64,000 nucleotides of DNA. Source: Eledone cirrhosa (lineage: Eukaryota). Position 1 is the stretch's first letter. Each line of letters starts with the position of its first letter. The stretch spans positions 245,582,001 through 245,646,000 of the forward strand of contig OZ024743.1 in the NCBI GenBank assembly GCA_964016885.1, read 5' to 3'. Of the stretch, positions 28,805 through 40,775 are shown in pieces. The translations under genes and the position numbers were made by a program. The notes below the pieces were generated by a model. That model saw only the letters and a program-made list of their open reading frames with translations. It was not told where the DNA came from and made no database searches.

Positions 28805-30285
28805 TACTATATATTTTCAGCAGTAATATTATACTATATATTTACAACAGTAATACTATACATTTTCAACAGTAATACTATACTATACTATATATTTTCA
28901 ACAGTAATACCGTACTATATATTTTCAACAGTAATACTATACTATATATTTTCAACAATAATACTGTACTATATTATATATTTTCAACAGTAATACTGTA
29001 CTATATATTTTCAACAGTAATACTATACTATATATTTTCAACAGTAATACTGTACTATATATTTTCAACAGTAATACTGTACTATATATTTTCAACAGTA
29101 ATACTGTACTATATATTTTCAACAGTAATACTGTACTATATATTTTCAACAGTAATACTATACTATATATTTTCAACAGTAATACTATACTATATATTTT
29201 CAACAGTAATACTGTACTATATATTTTCAACAGTAATACTGTACTATATATTTTCAACAGTAATACTATACTATATATTTTCAACAGTAATACTGTACTA
29301 TATATTTTCAACAGTAATACTATACTATATATTTTCAACAGTAATACTGTACTATATATTTTCAACAGTAATACTATACTATATATTTTCAACAGTAATA
29401 CTGTACTATATATTTTCAACAGTAATACTATACTATATATTTTCAACAGTAATACTGTACTATATATTTTCAACAGTAATACTATACTATATATTTTCAA
29501 CAGTAATACTGTACTATATATTTTCAACAGTAATACTATATTATATATTTTCAACAGTAATACTGTACTATATATTTTCAACAGTAATACTGTACTATAT
29601 ATTTTCAACAGTAATACTGTACTATATATTTTCAACAGTAATACTATACTATATATTTTCAACAGTAATACTATACTATACTATACATTTTCAACAGTAA
29701 TACTATACTATACTATACATTTTCAACAGTAATACTACTATACAATACTATATATTTTCAACAGTAATACTATACATTTTCAACAGTAATACTATACTAT
29801 ACTATATATTTTCAACAGTAATACCGTACTATATATTTTCAACAGTAATACTATACTATATATTTTCAACAATAATACTGTACTATATTATATATTTTCA
29901 ACAGTAATACTGTACTATATATTTTCAACAGTAATACTATACTATATATTTTCAACAGTAATACTGTACTATATATTTTCAACAGTAATACTATACTATA
30001 TATTTTCAACAGTAATACTGTACTATATATTTTCAACAGTAATACTATATTATATATTTTCAACAGTAATACTGTACTATATATTTTCAACAGTAATACT
30101 GTACTATATATTTTCAACAGTAATACTGTACTATATATTTTCAACAGTAATACTATACTATATATTTTCAACAGTAATACTATACTATACTATACATTTT
30201 CAACAGTAATACTATACTATACTATACATTTTCAACAGTAATACTACTATACAATACTATATATTTTCAACAGTAATACTATGCT
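28805..30285. repeat. 27-bp minisatellite with higher-order duplication
   Basis: Unit TTTTCAACAGTAATACTRTACTATATA; variant blocks recur at a 914-bp offset. Confidence 0.95.
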
Positions 30286-30382
30286 ACACAGACGGCTTAT
30301 CATCTGTTTATCCAAGCGAAGCTAGGTACGTCAGCTATATATATATATATATAGTTATGTAATAAACAACATAAGGCAATTA

Positions 30383-30442
30383 TTCCATTTACCAGTGGTT
30401 TCTTAAAAGCAAAAGATTTTGCTTTCAATCCTCAGAATGAAA
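30383..30442 (-). ncRNA. Type I hammerhead ribozyme (inverted twin, CTGAGGA core)
   Basis: Reverse complement of 30532-30591, differing at the variable N7 position. Confidence 0.75.
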
Positions 30443-30531
30443 AAATCCTGGTCTGTTTATTGAATTTGGATTTAAAAAACCTTTTTTAAAACCTTTTTTA
30501 AAATCCAAATTCAATAAACAGACCAGGATTG

Positions 30532-30591
30532 TTTCATTCTGATGATTGAAAGCAAAATCTTTTGCTTTTAAGAAACCACTGGTAAATGGAA
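30532..30591 (+). ncRNA. Type I hammerhead ribozyme
   Basis: TTTCATT-CTGATGA-TTGAAAGCAAAA/TTTTGCTTTTAA-GAAA-CCACTG-GTA-AATGGAA. Confidence 0.8.
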
Positions 30592-30684
30592 TAATTGCCT
30601 TATGTTGTTTATTACATAACTATTAAGCTCTGTTACCTACATAGAGCACTCTTTTTTCCTGGACTTTTCCGACGGAATTACTTC

Positions 30685-30728
<44 letters not shown>

Positions 30729-31069
30729 CAGGAAAGAAGGTTGACATGGTTTGCTATACAAAAAAGGTTTTTAATCTCATAGCTGACAATTGTTTCTCTG
30801 AACTGGTAGGTCTAGAGATCGCTATTCGCTTGTTTTCACGTTACTCGATCGCCAATACAAAATTATAACCAGTCAGTTCTTCGGAGCATGCGAGAATGAA
30901 GAGAATACACAGGCAAGAAAAGAATATACAGGCTACTATATGAAGTAGTAATGGCATTCAGTTAGAACAATAACAACAATTACAACAATGCTATTAATAA
31001 ATTATTTGAGGAGACTCTGACATTACTTAGGTGGGGGGTATAGAGTATCTAAGATTTCGGCGTGTTACC

Positions 31070-31103
<34 letters not shown>

Positions 31104-31167
31104 ATGCCGTAGAACACGCCAATGGTAGCCGAGCGCCAGCCGGACGGGCCAGCTAGCATATATATGT

Positions 31168-31311
<144 letters not shown>

Positions 31312-31544
31312 CAGAATCGCAGAAATTTATATATAGATTAAAGAGGTTTTCCAATTCTCCTCGCGATATTGCTATTTTTTGCTCTGGCAGTGGTTCGTTT
31401 GTTCACCCTTTTCGCCTGCCTTTTGTTGTATGTGGTCCTTGATGTGTATATTACCTGCTTCTGTTGTTTTTCCTTTCCCTTTTCTTTCTTTTTTCTCTTT
31501 TTATTTGTTGTATTATGATAATGGTTATACTGACAATTAAAATA

Positions 31545-31800
31545 TATTATATTATTCAAATTAAAACACCTCCATGGTATCCTAGTGGAAACAGTCAAGT
31601 AGAATATCTAAATGGAACGCTACAAAAAGCAGTAAACGCATGCCTTTCATTTAAGAAAGCCGCCAGAAATACAACGGTGCATCTCTCCGAGTGATTAGAT
31701 TCCCCTTCGCATACTGACTAAGCTGACACCTCGTCAAAGGCTATATAACATTCAGTGGCACACATCAATGAAACCGTATTTACTTTTATGTCTCTTTGAA
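31545..31800 (+). pseudogene. Gypsy-like integrase continuation
   Basis: KTPPWYPSGNSQVEYLNGTLQK resembles the T.PY.P..NG..ER.N.TLK motif. Confidence 0.55.
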
Positions 31801-33329
31801 CCCGGAGAAGATTTTCTGTGACGGTTTAACGGTTTAACTATACATTTCGAACCAAAGGGCGATTGTGTTAAGCTATTTGAATATGTTTGAATTGTTACTG
31901 TCTCAACTAAAGATATCTGAAAAAGTGTATTCTGTCTAGACGGGGCTAAAACTTTAGTTCAGACTTTTTCAATTGGAAACTGTTCCATTAGTGTTTACTG
32001 TGATGTTGTAAGGGCGTGAGTCCGATTTCTGGCAGCGCATTGTGTCCCTGAGCAAGATACTTTATTTCAAGTTGATACAGTCTGCTCAGCTAGAAAAGAT
32101 GAATCATACCTAAAATTCAAAAGACCAACTTTGTCAAACGCTGAATCTTTCTGAGGTTTAGGATACATGTGCCTGTGGAATACTCAGCCACTTACACGTT
32201 AGGTTTTTACCATTGTTCAAACAACTAAAACAATCGTCGTTGGAATCGACATAGGTCCAAAATACATACAATACACATTGTGTTGTTGACATAATGCAGG
32301 ACCTGGTCCAAGCGAATGAGCTATTTATTTACTCAAAAATGTTCTGCCACAGTGACATGCTGAGAAATCGGACTTTACAAACACGTGGAGCAGATGGGAG
32401 GAGCGGCAGCAGTCTAGCGGTAATCTAGTTATTAATTAGGAAATCATGACTTCGTCAATCCAATTTCCTAGTCGCCCAATAAATATCCGGAAAGCACTCG
32501 AAAAACTCAATCGTAAAAATGCTGGTGTGTGCTTCAAAACAATTATTGTTAGTTCCTGTCTAGATGCATTTTGCTATACTTTAATTGAAAACTGGCAACT
32601 AACTATTTGTAATATATACAGACGTTGATCGTTTACACCGAATAAAATGATTTCAATTTCGACAATTCTTGTAGTACCCCCCCCCCCCCTTTCCAATATG
32701 GACTAGTTCCACAAGGAAGATGGATGAAGCTTTACTGCAGTGGAGAGAACTGGGTTTTTCAGTTCCCGTCAGCTCTAGAACGGAGGGGATATTTACCCGA
32801 GCCAGGGCTCGTTTAATGAGCAGGTTTAGCTCGGTGAGTCAGGCGAAACGACCAGCATTCAGGCGGCAGGACAAACCTGTTCATTACGTACTGAGTTCGA
32901 ATCCAGCCGAGGTCAACTTTACTTTCATCCTTCCGAGATCGATAAAATAAAATAGCAGTCAACTTATTGGGGTAGATATAATCAACTTTTGCTACCCACG
33001 AAATTGCTGGCCGCGTGCTTATATTGGAAACCGTTATTATTCAATGGGGGAAAACGAAATAAGTTGATGTAAATTTCTCGTAATAAACAATTTTGAAATA
33101 TTTTACAAAAATTCAAAACCTTTTCAATTAAATCATAATATCTTGTAATGATTTACCTAAAATCGCTTAAAATGAGTTTGTTAATTCAAATGTTTATAGT
33201 ATCTTTACTAGTGGATATATTAATATGAAAATGTTTAGTAAACTAAAGTAAAGGATTTAATTACTAATGTGACGCAGTCAAAATACTGTTTTGTATAATA
33301 CTTTTCAATTATGTGATTCTATGTGGTAC

Positions 33330-33903
33330 ATGACATAAAGGGTGACTTCTAAAACAATGAGAATGAACTCTATAGATAATGAATACAAACACAATGATAT
33401 GGTCCGAACGTGGAAGAGCCGAACTTCCACTGTCATCGCTTCCATCTCTCTCACCCTCCTCATCTCTCTGTAAGGTCAGCAAATGGAGTCCCACGTGCTG
33501 GCCGCTCCACAGCCCCGGCGGACAGAATGGAGAAGGCGTTTCCCCGGAGGATGGTAAGGGAGATGCGCTGGAAGAGCTATTCCAACTCGCGAGGCTCACA
33601 CCTGCGGCTGGCCAGCTCAGCGCCTATGGTGGTGAGTATGGAGGTAGCCCTAGGGCCAAGGACACCAGAAGTCTCCACTGTCAAGGGCACGACCGCCAAC
33701 CTGTTGGAGAGCGACCAGTACTTGGAGAGTTTGGCCTCCTCATCCCGACGTGCAGCAGAACCTGGGTTAGTCGCAGACTGCACCAGGTTGCGGCTGGAGA
33801 AAGTGTCGTTGCAAGTGGCATCCCAGACGTGGGGTTTGCCACCGCGGAACGAGAAGATGGTCATACCCTCTGGTCTTTTGCCGTCCTCTCGGCCCAGCCC
33901 CAC
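33330..33903 (-). mobile_element. CRE-like non-LTR retrotransposon 3' end (restriction-like endonuclease)
   Basis: DGKRPEGMT..WDATC..K..KY..VPLTVETSGVLG. Confidence 0.75.
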
Positions 33904-33966
33904 CCAAGAGTTAAGCTACGTTTTCACTCGAGTATTCTTATGAAAAACAGAAATAGTAAAATTATG

Positions 33967-34349
33967 TGTAAGTGTAGCGAAATCTGTCCACGCCTTGAAC
34001 CCTGGGTGACACCTAAAAGTCAAATTCTAGGTCACCATCCTTTTCGGCGTGGACAGGTTCATGCGTGGGCGATCCCCCCGAGGTGGGAGACAGAAAGCGA
34101 CATGTATATAAAGCCTGTATGATCCCACGTCTAACACACAGAGAGATCGGAGCCGCACTCTATAGACAAACTATGTAAAGATTCACCGCTACCCACGGGA
34201 TAACAAAATAACATCGTCAACCTTCGCAACTCGTGGTCACTTATTTGTTGTTCTTTTTGACTGAAGTGAAGTAAACCTTTTCATATATAAAGTAAATCAG
34301 CTATTCTTGTTATTTCATCTAACAACCACGACTAACACCCTTCCTTTCA
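33967..34349 (+). mobile_element. Probable solo LTR
   Basis: TGTAAG...CTTTCA termini, TATG 4-bp flanks, internal TATATAAA. Confidence 0.5.
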
Positions 34350-34401
34350 TATGTATGAGTGTGTGTACCCATCCATCCATCTGTCTGTTCATCCATATAT
34401 C

Positions 34402-34488
<87 letters not shown>

Positions 34489-34505
34489 ATATATATATGT
34501 ATGTA

Positions 34506-34575
<70 letters not shown>

Positions 34576-35183
34576 ATGTCAGGTCACCAGTTGGTGCTAC
34601 TGGTAACATGTATCCCAGTACAACCTGACTCATGGTCGGGCCGTTGGCGACTAAACTGGCAACCCCACCAAGGTTTCTTTGTGAGGAGGGTGACTTTGGA
34701 CATCCTGCACGACTAAAAACAAAACCTGTCAAAGGGCAAAGGAGCTCTTAAGAGTCAATGGCCATCCAAAATCACCGGGAGAGATGACCCCTTAGCCTTT
34801 GTCAAGGCAGAATTCTAGGAGAAGGAAAACTCTGATATAACACCTGCAACCCTGATGGTATCCAATGATGTTGACTTGTTCTTCTTTTTGGTAAATATCA
34901 TCTTGGTTAAGAGAGTGGGATTGGCTTTGTGCAGTGCCTTTGCTCACTATAAAAGCTTCACGGCACAGACATTGCTTTATATCTGGAGATCTCTCTGCAC
35001 TTGTCGTCACATGGTACCATGGGCCCAGCACTATGTGTCAATAATTGTCACAAGTGTAGTGTTTGTACCAGAGTTTTGAAATCGCTGGCTGGACTAAAAA
35101 GTCACACTCGTTCAGCGCATCGGTAGGAGTTCTCCTACATGGATATAAAGTAGTGGCCATACTCGAAAACGAGTTGGCAGCCA

Positions 35184-35259
<76 letters not shown>

Positions 35260-35386
35260 AAAAAGGGATGAAATCGAAAATGCAACTGAAGTCTTATTTT
35301 TTTAAAAAATATATATATTTATTTGGTTCCTTTACCGGTTTCGCAGTTCTTCTGCTTTTCAAAAGGTGAGTTGAGATGGAGGGTCT

Positions 35387-36214
35387 GTGGTTTTTCTCAC
35401 ATCTGGTTGGTCTCTAAATGTTACTTGTTTTATTTGCACAATTGTCTCCAATTATGAAACGCGAAATAAAAGACTTCAAGAATTAAAGGAAATTCTACTT
35501 GAGAGAGAGTACCCACTATTACTAATAAATAATGGAATAGAAAGGGCTAAAGCAATAGGCATTGATGAATTACGGAAACAGAAACAAATTCAAGGTACGT
35601 CCAATATTCTATCATATATCTCAACACACAACCCAAGAAATGCGGAAGCTTACAACACTATTCACAATAACATCCCACTACTAAAACAAAACCCAAGAAT
35701 GAAAAAAGCCCTTGAAACACACAAAATAATCAAAAGCAAAAGACAACCAAAATCACTGAAAACATTACTCACCAATGCCAAATTACCTACCACAAACCCA
35801 CAACCAAGTATCAAAAAATGTGGTCGCTCTAATTGTGGAACCTGCACTCACCTCATTGAAGGCAACACGTATACATTTAAATCAGGACAAAATTTTACTG
35901 TAAAAAATCACTTCACTTGCTCATCAAAAAATCTAATTTATGCCATTAAATGTAAAGGATGCAATGAAGATTATATAGGACAAACTAAACTCACACTCAG
36001 AAACAGAATGACAGTTCATCGCCAACAATTACGAGATCCAACCACGAGACAAATACCACTAAGTGCACATCTAGACATTTGCGCAAGTAATAAGACACCC
36101 AAATTCCAAGTCTTCCCATTTTACCTTTGCGCTAACAATACAACAGAACAAATGCGAATAAATAAGGAAAATATGTTTATTCAAAAATATAGACCAACAT
36201 TAAATAAGGTTTAA
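35387..36214 (+). mobile_element. Penelope-like element: RT thumb, CCHH linker and GIY-YIG endonuclease (5'-truncated, open for 275 aa)
   Basis: CGRSNCGTC, FTCSSKNLIYAIKC..YIGQT..RMTVH, E..FI....PTLN. Confidence 0.9.
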
Positions 36215-36229
36215 TATACATTATGTCAA

Positions 36230-37100
36230 CACCACAATATGACATGCCCTCGGACAGGTTAGCGTGTCAGCTCGGCCAGCACCCATTCGTATGTTTTCGC
36301 TTGGCTTCGCAACTCCACAGTGGTGCCTGGCTCAATATCCTACCCCCCCCCCCCCTTCGACTGGCACGCAGATGGATAATGAGAGCCTGCGAATCGGAGT
36401 TTCCCTGAGGATCTGCGAGCCACACAAATATCATTGCGGAACCACTGTAAACTTTTTCGGCCTCCACACGCTGTCCACTCGCTACAGTGCTGGCCGCCTT
36501 CCACGCCACGTTGCTCTCAAAGAAATCATAAAGCATGGCTTGGATGCTGCAGGCTTCCCGTCCCAGCTCAAGTCGGCGGGGCTGGACTAAGGGGGCGGCA
36601 AAAGGCCAGACGGCATGACCATCTTCCCGTTCCGTGGTGGTAATCCCCTCACCTGGGGTGGAGCGGCACCCTTGTGCAGTCAGCGACTAACCCATGCTCT
36701 GCTGCACTTCGGGCCGAGGAAGGTAAACTCTCCAAATATCGGTCGCTCTCCGACAGATTTGTGGTCAAGCCCGTAGCAGTGGAGACTTCTGGTGTCCTTG
36801 GTCCCAGGACCGCCTCCCTACTCATCACCACCGGCAAGGAGTTGGTTACCAGCAGGTGTTTGCTTCGCGAGCTGGAATAGCTCTCCTAGCGCGTCTCCCA
36901 CACCATCCTCCGGGGAAACGCCTTCCCCATTCTGCCCGCCGGGCAGTGGTGCGGCCAGCGCGCGAGCCCCTATTTTCTCATAATACTGACAGATGGGGAG
37001 GGCGGACGAGACAGAAGTAGTGACATTGGGAGTTTGGTTCCATTGTATTCGGACCTGGTGTATATGTATATATTTATTTACTACAATACATTAATAATTC
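36230..37100 (+). mobile_element. CRE-like non-LTR retrotransposon 3' part, decayed
   Basis: SGAWLNILP, CEPH..C, RH..L, GKRPDGMT and PVAVETSGVLGPR; homologous to 33330-33903. Confidence 0.75.
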
Positions 37101-37475
37101 ACATACACTTCCGCTGATTCTTATCTCCAGAGTGATTTGATCACAGCATCAACCTCATCGGTCCCGGAGTGCCTCCAAATGTCATGGGTACAGCCGTTTT
37201 CTCCGTTCGGAGAAATAAAAAATATAAGCATATTTCTTTTTTTTCACAAAAACCTGAAGTTCGTTTCGTTGTTTACTTTTTCAATTGTCTTTCTCTAATT
37301 ATCAATTTCATGGAACATGTAAACAGTACTATACTCGATATAGTTTATCAAAGTATAATAAATTTCTTTTTAAGAAAAAACAAAAACAAAAAAAAACAAC
37401 ACACGGCTGAGTGTTGTCCGGTTTAGGGCAACTTGATCTAACAAAATAGCAAAACTGCGCAAACTCCAAAAGTCT

Positions 37476-37490
37476 ACTTCCGGTATAAAT
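37476..37490 (+). promoter_or_regulatory. ETS-type site ACTTCCGGT with adjacent TATAAAT just upstream of the SDR39U1 ATG
   Basis: Motif lies about 30 nt 5' of ATG 37510; common in housekeeping promoters. Confidence 0.4.
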
Positions 37491-37509
37491 AAAAACATCT
37501 CCTGCCAGC

Positions 37510-37525
37510 ATGAGTGTTGTTGTCG
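37510..37525 (+). CDS. SDR39U1: SDR39U1 exon 1 (MSVVV-G)
   Basis: ATG AGT GTT GTT GTC G|GTAAGT; phase 1 joins exon 2 to give MSVVVGGGSGFIG (Rossmann beta-1). Confidence 0.8.
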
Positions 37526-37708
37526 GTAAGTAAAATGAAATTTGTTAACAAAAGCCCTCAAAACCAATTATATCATAATTTGTTATTGAATTAACAGTTA
37601 TATGTAACGTAACAACGCCTTTGTGTATATTTATATATTTCGCCAGTGTTCAAAGGTTATATAACATTAACTTATTATAACTGTTCAAATCGTTATATAA
37701 TGCTGAAG

Positions 37709-37801
37709 GTTAACTTTGCGTTTCATCCTTACGGGGTCGATAAAATAAAGTACCAGTAATGTACTGGATAATTTGATGGCCTTGTGCCAAAAGTAGAAAC
37801 A
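37709..37801 (+). mobile_element. 5'-truncated SINE with 17-bp TSD
   Basis: GTTATATAATGCTGAAG at 37692-37708 and 37802-37818. Confidence 0.8.
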
Positions 37802-38711
37802 GTTATATAATGCTGAAGACGCCGGTTTAATTAGGGGAAAATGTTGATAGAAGAGGAATTTCTGATATCAAACTTTCGTTATAGCTATCGTAAGTATAAT
37901 ATCGCCATAGCTTCATTATGATTTCACAACGTATTTTTTTACCTTGCACGTCGAAATCATTTGTGTGACATTGTGCTATGTATTATATAAGGAGAGTAGT
38001 GAATGTCATCCGGTTGTTGTTATCATAAGACAATTTCTATGATATTTGTGTTTTAATCTCAATCTAAGTGCTCCCTTGGGCGATATTTAATTTTAGCGGC
38101 CTAAATGCCGCTTACTTGCTGTAGTTGCTGCTTACTTCAATGTATGAGGCTATTCCAACAAATTTACATTCCCCCTTTTTTAGCTGTTAAAAGAAATATA
38201 GATTTATTTATTGTTTTTTTTTTTACCATTTCTCCACCTTGATCCTTCTTTCGAAGTGGTATCGGAGGAAGAGGACCATTTGTTGGCCGGCGACATATCC
38301 CCACAGTTTCCTCGTTGCAAACGCATCTGGGACATTTCTTTTCCAAGGGGTTTCCGTCCCGGAATCCGTGTCTGTAGAGCCTTTCCCGAACGGGCAGGGC
38401 CCCTCGGTATAATAGTAAGTATTAGTGGTTGTAATAAAAATGCAATCAAAATGTAATAAATACCTTCACTGATTTCTTTCCTTATATTATCAACAGAAGT
38501 TGGTATGTCACCCAAAGTTCGCTTTGTATGTTCCCGAATAGCAGTGAATTTTGATAAAACTGTGTAGTTGAAGAGGATAAGTATGAAAGAACAGTCATTT
38601 AAATTTACAGATGGACAGATGTGGTGTTTGGCAGGGTTTGAGATATATAGAAAAATAATTATTTACAGAAAAAGAAAATAATAATAAAGAATTATTATAA
38701 TTTTTTTAAAG

Positions 38712-38870
38712 ATTTATATCTTTTTGGACTACACATGGATATTTGTCTTACTGTGGAGAAGGAATTAGAAACAGTTTTATCAAAATTCACTGCTATTCGG
38801 GAACATACAAAGCGAACTTTGGGTGACATACCAACTTCTGTTGATAATATAAGGAAAGAAATCAGTGAAG
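38712..38870 (+). pseudogene. RMND5: Captured RMND5 (GID2/CTLH E3 ligase subunit)-like first coding exon
   Basis: MDICLTVEKELETVLSKF resembles the RMND5A N-terminus as recalled (MDQCVTVERELEKVLHKF); AG at 38710-38711 and GT at 38871; no other RMND5 exon seen. Confidence 0.72.
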
Positions 38871-38924
38871 GTATTTATTACATTTTGATTGCATTTTTAT
38901 TACAACCACTAATACTTACTATTA

Positions 38925-39390
38925 TACCGAGGGGCCCTGCCCGTTCGGGAAAGGCTCTACAGACACGGATTCCGGGACGGAAACCCCTTGGAAAAGAAAT
39001 GTCCCAGATGCGTTTGCAACGAGGAAACTGTGGGGATATGTCGCCGGCCAACAAATGGTCCTCTTCTTCCGATACCACTTCGAAAGAAGGATCAAGGTGG
39101 AGAAAAAGGCACTCAGTCCCAGCCAATTCCATGAAAGATGGGTGAAAGTAGCAATTATGGCCTGTGTAAGTGGGCCATCTCTCTATATCGGCTTGTACAG
39201 GTAAGAGAAGAAGGGAGCATCCCCCTCTCTCTGTGCTCCCTGGCAGAAAGGTCGCACACTTTCTACGGGGGTGTGTGTGACCCCAAAAGGCTAATAAATC
39301 GCAAACAAACAAACAAACAAACAGGGGGCAAATAAAGAAATCTATGCCCCAGTGGCAAATAAATCGCAAAAAAAAAACAATAAATAAATC
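38925..39390 (+). mobile_element. Tx1 3' fragment inside the fold-back arm
   Basis: YRGALPVRERLYRHG..CPRC..EETV and FFRYHFERRIKVEK; homologous to 5624-6349. Confidence 0.75.
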
Positions 39391-39467
39391 TATATTTCTT
39401 TTAACGGCTAAAAAAGGGGGAATGTAAATTTGTTGGAATAGCCTCACATTGAAGTAAGCGGCATTTA

Positions 39468-40775
39468 ATAATAATAATAATAATAATGAAATTGTGTACA
39501 GTGCTCAGGTGCACTACAACTCATCAAAAGTGCATGTATAGTACATAGAATAATGTACAAATGTCAGGAAAATGAACAGTGTACGAGTCATGATATAACA
39601 ACAATAATGAAATATTGTGTACAGTGCCCAGGTGCACCACAACTCATCAAAAAAGTGCATGTACAGTACATAGGGCAATGCACAAACATCAGTAAAATAA
39701 ACAGTGCACGAGTCATGATACACACGTGTGCATGTATATGGAAGGGGTACATCAGGTGTAGTTTTGGCATATTTCGGGAAGCATGAGTGTCTTAAAGGAT
39801 GCAGTGTCTCGGCAGCTAACAATTGACGCAGGCAGTTTGTTCCATGCTTCAGCAACTCTGAGCGTGAAAAAATGTCTACGAAAGTCATGGGAGCTGTGCT
39901 GTTTTCCCGATCTTGTAGGCATGTCCACGTGTGTTAGACACATGGAGATCAAAGAGGCGCTCAGGGTTGCAATTGGCGAGATGGTTAAAAACTTTGTGGG
40001 TATTCACCAAGTCCATTGCCAGACGTCGGAGCTTCAATGAATCCATGCCCAGGGAAGCAAGGCGTTCAGAGTATGGTAGGTGTCTGATGGAGGGTATGCG
40101 CTTGGTTGCACGTCTCTGAACAGTTTCCAGGAGGTCAATGTTCTGAGCAAGATAGGGGTCCCAGACTGATGATGCGAATTCCAAGTGTGGTCGTACCATA
40201 GCTGTATACAGTTTTAAATAGATGGCTGGAGAGCGGCTAACAAAGGTCTTGCTGAGTGATGCCAAGACACCCTCGGCCTTCTTGACAATCTTAGAGTCAT
40301 GCTTTGTCCAACGCAAATCGTTGCTGACAGTAATGCCCAGGTCACGTTCACAAGAGGACTTTTTGATCTCAGTGTTGTGGAGGGAGTATGTGGACGCTGG
40401 ATTTTTTCTTCCAAAATGCATGGTGGTACACTTGTCCACAGCCAGCTTCAGTTGCCAGTCTGTGATCCATTGCTGCATTGTGTCCAGGTCTGATTGTAGG
40501 AAAGAGTTGTAAATTTCAGGATCAGTCCTTTTGATTTCAAGGTACAGCTTGATGTCATCTGCATATTTTAGTACCGTGGCATTCTGTAAGTTGGCATCTA
40601 TGTCGTTAATATATGCCACAAACAAAAGAGGACCAAGAACAGATCCCTGTGGTACACCAGATGACATCTCATATGGTGAAGAATGCTGTCCTAGAACCGT
40701 GACTACTTCTTTTCGGCTGAGAATTAAGGATTTCAACCAGTCGAAAAGATCATCCCTCACACCCATTGCAGAGAG
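39468..40775 (-). mobile_element. CR1-group LINE, 5'-truncated, with (ATT)n tail
   Basis: SGVPQGSVLGPLLF, YADD and VRPHLEFA motifs; TTTA on both sides; same family as 61450-64000. Confidence 0.92.

Larger units (their letters stand above)
30351..30623. repeat. Near-perfect palindrome (arms 30351-30473 / 30501-30623)
   Basis: Arms are reverse complements with very few mismatches. Confidence 0.95.

Noticed and set aside
28952-30171. (LLLKIYSTV)n repeat proteins
   Set aside because: By-product of a 27-bp satellite that has one stop-free frame; no ATG or splice context.
33330-37100. Composite element bounded by inverted CRE-like copies
   Set aside because: The copies are diverged and differ in extent, with no shared TSD; more likely independent insertions.
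38735-39145. Functional RMND5 gene
   Set aside because: Similarity ends at the donor at 38871 and the rest is intron and Tx1; no LisH/CTLH/RING exons are present; it lies inside a TSD-bounded element.
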